Origin: Octopus sinensis
Lineage: Eukaryota
Reading direction: 5' to 3'
Length of the DNA: 64,000 nt
Assembly (NCBI RefSeq): GCF_006345805.1
Contig: NC_043009.1
Coordinates: 5,828,001-5,892,000, forward strand
How positions within the stretch are numbered: position 1 is the first letter of the stretch; each line of letters begins with the position of its first letter. A model generated the notes under the pieces. That model was not told the DNA's origin. It searched no databases and saw only the letters and a program-made list of their open reading frames with translations. This document shows, one piece after another, positions 56,199 through 64,000 of this stretch. Both the position numbers and the translations under genes were made by a program.

Positions 56199-57655
56199 TG
56201 TCGGTGAGAGAAAAAATAAATGAACTTACGGTTGAGAAAGGGAGCATGACAGTTTAATCTGCCCGCTTCCCCTTCTTCCTCCCTTGTGGTCGTAGCTGCA
56301 GGGCTCTTAACCGGCGTTGCCACCGGGCTCTGGGTAGGTGTGGTTGCCGGGGTTATCACAAGTTTACCCTCCAGTACTTCTTTTGTTACATCTCTAATCA
56401 GTCTATTCTTTAGATGTTCCTGCAGTACTTCCTCCTTCCACTCGTCTTCCTCCCACTTTTGCGAAGCGAGTGGTTGCTTTGTCTGTAGCCTTGCTAAATA
56501 GTTTAAATTTTGAAAATTTATAGTATTTATATACCCTTTCGTTTTTTTCATCAAAAGCAATGATCTTATCATTTTTTTTTAAAGACTTTTTCACATCTTG
56601 TTTTATGGGGAGGGGCTTGGCGAACTGTTTCCCAATGAATACAGTGCCATGGGGGTAGGGCTGAGGAATTTGCTTTGTGTGTGTGTCTGCGGTGCTTGCT
56701 GATTTTTTCCTTGTTTGGGGAGGGGAGTCCAGGGTGTTGTCTTTTTTTCTTTTGTGTGTCACCTGTGTAAAATCCATTTGTTCGGTACAATCCGTTTCTG
56801 TTTCTTTCCTTGTCGTCGTCTTGTTTTCTTTTTCCGCCTTCTCCCCTTCAGTGTTAGAAGCACTTTGAGGAGGGGCTTCATTGGTTTTCTTTTTTTTTAA
56901 GCAGTTCGAGCGGACGTGACCCTTCTCGCCACATTTAAAACATCTAGGTCTGCGCCCCTCCACTGACACTCTCATGGACGTTCCATCTTCGTTAAATATC
57001 CTATCGGGCAGGTTCTCCAATATCTTGTTTCTGCCTGAACGAGGAGTTCCAGCGTCTGTCCCTTCCAGCGTACCTCCTCTTTCCTTCTCATCTGCAGAAT
57101 CGAAATTTCCCGCTCTACATTGTGCAGGACCGCCGCTGCTACCCACATAATATCATACCCTCTCGGTATGTCCTCTACCAGCAGTTTAGCTGTTCTTTTT
57201 CCCATATACGAGGGTAACAGCATGATATCATCATTTTTCAGGGTCAATGATGACACCTCTCTTGCTACCTCAGCCGAGTCAAAATGTGCTTCAACAGTAG
57301 CACTGCGAGCACCTCGAACGACATGGCGAATTTTGTCCCACACCGGGGACAAGCACTTTTCGACAATTTCGTTTCTGACGTCCATAATTTTCGTTTCTTT
57401 GTAGCTATACACTTTGTATATAACTGTTTTTTCCTTTATTTCTTGTACCTTCGCTTGCGGCGGTACAAGTTTGATCTCGTTTCCTTCCATTTTCACCAAG
57501 TTCCTAAATTCGAATAGTTGTTCGATCTTGAATTCAACGTCCATCATGGTTCCGCCTACCGCGGCCGAAAATGACTGTTTTGTTACTTCAGTGTCCTTTA
57601 ATTCACTTGTTCCCATCGCGGGAAAATCATTCTTCGACGCCAAGTCGAAATCCAC
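56177..57655 (-). CDS. LINE ORF1 (Gag-like nucleic-acid-binding protein with CCHC zinc knuckle), frameshifted in this sequence
   Basis: Joins ORFs 57655-56972, 57146-56403 and probably 56572-56177. CFKCGEKGHVRSNC lies at 56942-56901. The first ATG is at ~57616. There is a frameshift at the T3 run 57028-57030 and a second near 56.5 kb; the true end is uncertain. Confidence 0.8.
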
Positions 57656-57855
57656 TTCCCAAAAAATGTCTCAAAAATTACCTCGAAGGCAACAACAATC
57701 CCAAATACAGAACTTTCCTTTCCCGAAATGCAATTCGTAAAAGTTCGCCATTTACAGGATGTAATATATGTAAACTCACCCATGTGCTTCGTTGATGTTG
57801 ATCAGTTAGCTGATCGGCTTAAGCGGGGCAGGGTCGTTTATTTATGATACATTCG

Positions 57856-57901
57856 GGCCTGCTGATGAATACGTAAGTATGAAATCACTGTGATACAGGC
57901 C
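57856..57901 (+). ncRNA. Type I hammerhead ribozyme, copy 1
   Basis: GGCCTG (stem I 5') - CTGATGA - ATAC/GTAA/GTAT (stem II, GNRA loop) - GAAA - TCAC/T/GTGA (stem III) - TA (AUA triplet, predicted cleavage after 57895) - CAGGCC (stem I 3', perfect pairing). Confidence 0.9.
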
Positions 57902-58326
57902 TATATTTTTTAAATGTCTTACTTTGAAAAATTGCATTCGGTGGGATTAGTATATTTTGGTAGAAATGACTAATTGTCCCTCTTAGCGTGTGGCATGTAT
58001 GTGTGATGCTCTCTGGCATGTATGTATGATGCCCTCTATATATAAATTAATATGTTCAATAAGAAATAATTATTTTCGAAATTTATTCTCTTATGAGGTT
58101 TTCACGCTATCTACCTGACATTTCTTGTTAAGTTTTCCTTATTAAGTAGTTGTCCTTAATTGCTAAATTGTTATTCCGAAAAACTTTTCCTTTCCGAAAT
58201 GCAATTCGTAAAAGTTCGCCATTTACAGGATGTAATATATGTAAACTCACCCATGTGCTTCGTTGATGTTGATCAGTTAGCTGATCGGCTTAAGCGGGGC
58301 AGGGTCGTTTATTTATGATACATTCG

Positions 58327-58372
58327 GGCCTGCTGATGAATACGTAAGTATGAAATCACTGTGATACAGGTC
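58327..58372 (+). ncRNA. Type I hammerhead ribozyme, copy 2
   Basis: Same architecture; stem I GGCCTG/CAGGTC with one G-U pair; predicted cleavage after 58366. Confidence 0.9.
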
Positions 58373-58803
58373 TATATTTTTTAAATGTCTTACTTTGAAA
58401 AATTGCATTCGGTGGGATTAGTAATATTTTGGGTAGAAATGACTAATTGTCCCTCTTAGCGTGTGGCATGTATGTGTGATGCTCTCTGGCATGTATGTAT
58501 GATGCCCTCTATATATAAATTAATATGTTCAATAAGAAATATTATTTTCGAAATTTTTTCTCTTATGAGGTTTTCACGCTATCTACCTGACAATTCTTGT
58601 TAAGTTTTCCTTATTAAGTAGTTGTCCTTAATTGCTAAATTGTTATTCCGAAAAACTTTTCCTCTCCCGAAATGCAATTCGTAAAAGTTTGCCATTTATC
58701 CGGATGTAATATATGTAAACTCACCCATGTGCTTCGTTGATGTTGATCAGTTAGCTGATCGGCTTAAGCGGGGCAGGGTCGTTGTTTATTTATAATACAT
58801 TCA

Positions 58804-58849
58804 GGCCTGCTGATGAATACGTAAGTATGAAATCACTGTGATACAGGTC
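58804..58849 (+). ncRNA. Type I hammerhead ribozyme, copy 3
   Basis: Intact CTGATGA/GAAA/TA core with stems I-III; predicted cleavage after 58843. Confidence 0.9.
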
Positions 58850-59282
58850 TATATTTTTTAAATGTCTTACTTTGAAAAATTGCATTCGGTGGGATTAGTA
58901 ATATTTTTGGTAGAAATGACTAATTGTCCCTCTTAGCGTGTGGCATGTATGTGTGATGCTCTCTGGCATGTATGTATGATGCCCTCTATATATAAATTAA
59001 TATGTTCAATAAGAAATAATTATTTTCGAAATTTTTTCTCTTATGAGGTTTTCACGCTATCTACCTGACAATTTCTTGTTAAGTTTTCCTTATTAAGTAG
59101 TTGTCCTTAATTGCTAAATTGTTATTCCGAAAAACTTTTCCTCTCCCGAAATGCAATTCGTAAAAGTTTGCCATTTATCCGGATGTAATATATGTAAACT
59201 CACCCATGTGCTTCGTTGATGTTGATCAGTTAGCTGATCGGCTTAAGCGGGGCAGGGTCGTTGTTTATTTATAATACATTCA

Positions 59283-59328
59283 GGCCTGCTGATGAATACG
59301 TAAGTATGAAATCACTGTGATACAGGTC
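59283..59328 (+). ncRNA. Type I hammerhead ribozyme, copy 4
   Basis: Intact core and stems; predicted cleavage after 59322. Confidence 0.9.
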
Positions 59329-59757
59329 TATTTTTTTAAATGTCTTACTTTGAAAAATTGCATTCGGTGGGATTAGTAATATTTTTGGTAGAAATGACTA
59401 ATTGTCCCTCTTAGCGTGTGGCATGTATGTGTGATGCTCTCTGGCATGTATGTATGATGCCCTCTATATATAAATAATATGTTCAATAAGAAATATTATT
59501 TTCGAAATTTTTTCTCTTATGAGGTTTTCACGCTATCTACCTGACAATTTCTTGTTAAGTTTTCCTTATTAAGTAGTTGTCCTTAATTGCTAATTGTTAT
59601 TCCGAAAAAACTTTTCCTCTCCCGAAATGCAATTCGTAAAAGTTTGCCATTTATCCGGATGTAATATATGTAACTCACCCATGTGCTTCGTTGATGTTGA
59701 TCAGTTAGCTGATCGGCTTAAGCGGGGCAGGGTCGTTGTTTATTTATAATACATTCA

Positions 59758-59803
59758 GGCCTGCTGATGAATACGTAAGTATGAAATCACTGTGATACAG
59801 GTC
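59758..59803 (+). ncRNA. Type I hammerhead ribozyme, copy 5
   Basis: Intact core and stems; predicted cleavage after 59797. Confidence 0.9.
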
Positions 59804-60233
59804 TATATTTTTTAAATGTCTTACTTTGAAAAATTGCATTCGGTGGGATTAGTAATATTTTTGGTAGAAATGACTAATTGTCCCTCTTAGCGTGTGGCAT
59901 GTATGTGTGATGCTCTCTGGCATGTATGTATGATGCCCTCTATATATAAATTAATATGTTCAATAAGAAATAATTATTTTCGAAATTTATTCTCTTATGA
60001 GGTTTTCACGCTATCTACCTGACAATTTCTTGTTAAGTTTTCCTTATTAAGTAGTTATCCTTAATTGCTAAATTTTTATTCCGAAAAAACTTTTCCTTTC
60101 CCGAAATGCAATTCGTAAAAGTTCGCCATTTACAGGATGTAATATATGTAAACTCACCCATGTGCTTCGTTGATGTTGATCAGTTAGCTGATCGGCTTAA
60201 GCGGGGCAGGGTCGTTTATTTATGATACATTCG

Positions 60234-60279
60234 GGCCTGCTGATGAATACGTAAGTATGAAATCACTGTGATACAGGTC
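60234..60279 (+). ncRNA. Type I hammerhead ribozyme, copy 6
   Basis: Intact core and stems; predicted cleavage after 60273. Confidence 0.9.
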
Positions 60280-60705
60280 TATATTTTTTAAATGTCTTAC
60301 TTTGAAAAATTGCATTCGGTGGGATTAGTAATATTTTTGGTAGAAATGACTAATTTGTCCCTCTTAGCGTGTGGCATGTATGTGCGATGCTCTCTGGCAT
60401 GTATGTATGATGCCCTCTATATATAAATTAATATGTTCAATAAGAATAATTATTTTCGAAATTTATTCTCTTATGAGGTTTTCACGCTATCTACCTGACA
60501 ATTTCTGTTAAGTTTTCCTTATTAAGTAGTTTCCTTAATTGCTAAATTTTTATTCCGAAAAAACTTTTCCTTTCCCGAAATGCAATTCGTAAAAGTTCGC
60601 CATTTACAGGATGTAATATATGTAAACTCACCCATGTGCTTCGTTGATGTTGATCAGTTAGCTGATCGGCTTAAGCGGGGCAGGGTCGTTTATTATGATA
60701 CATTC

Positions 60706-60751
60706 GGCCTGCTGATGAATACGTAAGTATGAAATCACTGTGATACAGGTC
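60706..60751 (+). ncRNA. Type I hammerhead ribozyme, copy 7
   Basis: Intact core and stems; predicted cleavage after 60745. Confidence 0.9.
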
Positions 60752-61017
60752 TATATTTTTTAAATGTCTTACTTTGAAAAATTGCATTCGGTGGGATTAG
60801 TAATATTTTTGGTAGAAATGACTAATTTGTCCCTCTTAGCGTGTGGCATGTATGTGCGATGCTCTCTGGCATGTATGTATGATGCCCTCTATATATAAAT
60901 TAATATGTTCAATAAGAAATAATTATTTTCGAAATTTATTCTCTTATGAGGTTTTCACGCTATCTACCTGACAATTTCTTGTTAAGTTTTCCTTATTAAG
61001 TAGTTGTCCTTAATTGC

Positions 61018-61077
<60 letters not shown>

Positions 61078-61103
61078 TATATATATATATTATATATATA
61101 TTA

Positions 61104-61150
<47 letters not shown>
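61018..61150. repeat. (TA)n tract, right flank of ribozyme/LINE locus
   Basis: Read directly. Confidence 0.95.
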
Positions 61151-61170
<20 letters not shown>

Positions 61171-61336
61171 ATATATATACATATACTTGACTGATAAAGT
61201 TATTGATCAATTATCGGGCCATGGATGTTGGAGACTAACAAATTGTGGTTTGCCACGATCACTAAGCAGATCATATTACTATATAGATATATATGTGTGT
61301 GTGTGTGTGTGTGCAGATATATATATGTGCATATTA

Positions 61337-61373
<37 letters not shown>

Positions 61374-61391
61374 ATATATAGATAGATAGAT

Positions 61392-61470
<79 letters not shown>

Positions 61471-62079
61471 TATAGATAGACATGCGAGTGTGCGACCGAA
61501 TCCCTGCAGCCACGTTAGTTTATTTGTAATAACGTATTTTGAAGTATGAAAACATTTTGGCAAACGTCTGAACTTATCTTGCTTACAAAAGATGGCTGCA
61601 TCTATAAAACATGAAATATATGGATAAATGTTTATCAGTTTCGTTATTGAATATGTCTGCAAAATATCCCATTGTGGATACGAATGTATGTATGTATGTG
61701 TGTGTACATGTGTATATGTAGGTAATGGTGTGCATGTGTCAGTGTCTGTATTATGTGCCTGTGTGGTTGTGAATGCACGCGCATTTTTGTGCAAAAATTT
61801 ATTCTACCTCACATTTTGATTGACCCCGGAAGTTGGAAAATTGTGGAATTAAAAGACTATTGGACTTGTCAGAAACTGTAACTAGTAATTTTAGTAGAGT
61901 TCCTGGATACTGACTTATGCATACATGATTCAAGCAGCATAGCCTAAGTGCGATATCTCATCCATCTGGACGTTCTTGCTTTCGTATTGATAATATTTAT
62001 CTTAAAACATCCTATAGTAAGAAATTGAATAATTAATGTGAGCAATATCTAATATCACTGCCAGATTCTTTTCTACACT

Positions 62080-62470
62080 AGGCACAAGGCACGAAATCTT
62101 TGGAGAGGTAGGGCAGTGAATTAGATCGACCCCATTACGCAACTGGTACTTAATATATCGACCCTGAAGGGATGAAAGGCAAAGTCGATCTCGACAGAAA
62201 TTGAAATCAGAACATAACGGCAGGCGAAATACGGCCACGCATTTCGCCTGGCTTGCTAACATTTCTTATTTCTTTAAGGGAGCTAAACATAGAGGGGACA
62301 AACAAGGAATAACAAATGGATTAAGTCGATTATTTCGACCCCAGTATGCAACTTGTATTTAATTTATCGACACTAAAGGGATGAAAGGAATTTGAACTCA
62401 AAACGTAGCGGCAGACGAAATACCGCTAAGCATTTCGACCGATGTGCTATCGTTTCTGCCAGCTCGCCAC
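62080..62470 (-). mobile_element. Two adjacent SINE family B copies (about 62080-62260 and 62262-62470)
   Basis: Two successive head/core matches. Confidence 0.8.
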
Positions 62471-63111
62471 CTTATAGTCGTACCAGATTCACGTTATAGT
62501 ACCATGCTGAAGAATAATCTATAGAATGATTCATCTGTAGTAACCTCAGTGTGAAATAACTTCCTGGTTGCAGCAGTGTTAAATAACATTAAATCGAAAT
62601 TTAAAGTAGGATAAATTGAATTATAACACTAATAAACAAATAACTCATATGTAGCTCAGGCTACAGGAATCGAAGAAAATAGTAGTAGTTCAAATAATTA
62701 TTACGGATGTCGCAAATTGGCTTAATCTGCATGTAAATTAGAAAGTTAGATAATTACCTCAGAAGAGGGTAGAGCAGGAAATAGTGTAGTATCAAATATA
62801 ATAAGCACTGATAATACCGTGACATTCACAAGCATATCACAGCAGTAATTATAATTCTTATGATATTAATCATATACATAGCAGGATTCACCTTAATAAG
62901 GATGATATAATAAGAATATCAGATGTGATGATGTGGTACCAGGATAATGATTTCAAATATAGACCAGTAGTGCTGACCACTTGTTGAATTCATAAGAAAT
63001 CCGAGTGTCAGAATATCCTATTTCACAGAATGAGGTAATATGTATATGTGTGCACCTGTGAAGGTGTTTTCAGTATATATTCGTGTGTATGTATATCATA
63101 TATATATATAA

Positions 63112-63147
<36 letters not shown>

Positions 63148-63164
63148 ATGTGTGTATGTATGCA

Positions 63165-63307
63165 GGTGAAAGCTTGTTTCTGAACAACATGCTTCTGGCT
63201 TCAGTCACACTGCGTGGCACATTCGGCAAGGGCCTTCTAGTATAGCCTCCGTTCCGACCAGATGTTTGTAAGTTGAATTAGTAGACAGAAACTGAAAGAA
63301 GGGCCTC

Positions 63308-63309
<2 letters not shown>
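63165..63309 (+). mobile_element. SINE family A 5' part, diverged
   Basis: CTTCAGTCACACTGCGTGGCAC...AGACAGAAACTGAAAGAAGGGCCTCGTA. Confidence 0.7.
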
Positions 63310-63350
<41 letters not shown>

Positions 63351-64000
63351 TATATATATATATACATATATATATAAAGAAAGATAGAGAGAAACAGAGA
63401 GACAGAGAAAGACGGAGCGAGACAGAGAGACAGGGAGATAAACAAGTTGCATAAATCTGGATGACAGATATGTAATTCTTCTACGTGTTGATAAAATATT
63501 TCATGCAAGAATTATGGTTTGTGATGTTTTCCTAGTATTCTATTACCCTACTTTCCATCATTATCTGATTAATTATAGCATCTTACAACTCTGTACAAGG
63601 TGCGATTAAAATACCATTCTTGCGTCTAACAAACCCAAACATTGAAACCTGTTGAAATATGATATTCACTTAACAAAAACGCACATTTTCTCTTAAGATT
63701 TTCTCTGGAGCAACCTTAATATCCATTTTTTTTTTCTTTTATACTCCTTTTTCATATTTAGTATGCATTTGTGTTATAATTCTCAGATTTCGTTCACATA
63801 ACTCTCCCCTACTTTCCTGACATTCTTATAATTGATTCACTTATTTTTTTCCCCTACTTTCGAACAGTTTATGATTTTGTTTTCCTATTGTTAAACCAAC
63901 ACAAATACATTTTAGTTCCAATAACATATTTATATTGATAATCTACAATAACTGAAATGTGATTTTTTTTTATGAACATGATAACAAATCTCATATTTGT

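Larger units (their letters stand above)
52551..57710 (-). mobile_element. Near full-length non-LTR retrotransposon, L1 clade / Tx1-like (~5.16 kb)
   Basis: Short 5' leader, ORF1 with CX2CX4HX4C knuckle, ORF2 with APE-RT-C-terminal zinc finger, and ~260-nt 3' UTR ending AATAAAGAAATAA. It is GC-richer than its surroundings. The Tx1 assignment comes from motif style and domain order, not from a phylogeny. Confidence 0.93.
57711..61019 (+). repeat. Tandem array of ~476-bp hammerhead-ribozyme-containing units (about 6.9 units; non-LTR retrozyme-like)
   Basis: Near-identical units read directly. CTGATGA cores start at 57862, 58333, 58810, 59289, 59764, 60240 and 60712 (spacings 471-479 bp). The array begins at the LINE 5' junction and runs into (TA)n at ~61019. 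Confidence 0.97.

Noticed and set aside
57711-61019. Array as CRISPR, rDNA, 5S, snRNA or tRNA cluster
   Set aside because: There are no unique spacers or cas genes, and no recognisable 5S, U-snRNA or tRNA sequence in the unit.

Overview
AT-rich, microsatellite-laden eukaryotic non-coding DNA. The repeat landscape (tRNA-headed SINEs with internal (TA)n/(CA)n tracts, (ATA)n, (AGAT)n) looks like octopus or another cephalopod; this is an inference. No host protein-coding gene can be supported, and most ORF-track entries are microsatellite translations. Degenerate mobile elements include two mariner relics, a Gypsy remnant, RTE and CR1-type LINE fragments, two Penelope-like (PLE) relics and many SINEs. 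The standout locus is 51871-61019, bounded by (TA)n on both sides. It is a tandem array of ~476-bp units, each carrying a type I hammerhead ribozyme motif (7 with a canonical core on +, 1 core-mutated copy on -), resembling a non-LTR retrozyme. A near full-length Tx1/L1-clade LINE (52551-57710, - strand; ORF1 with CCHC knuckle, ORF2 APE-RT-zinc finger) sits inside the array. The left end of the array is inverted, with a junction resembling twin priming. Two more degenerate hammerhead-like motifs lie in short dispersed repeats next to (TA)n.
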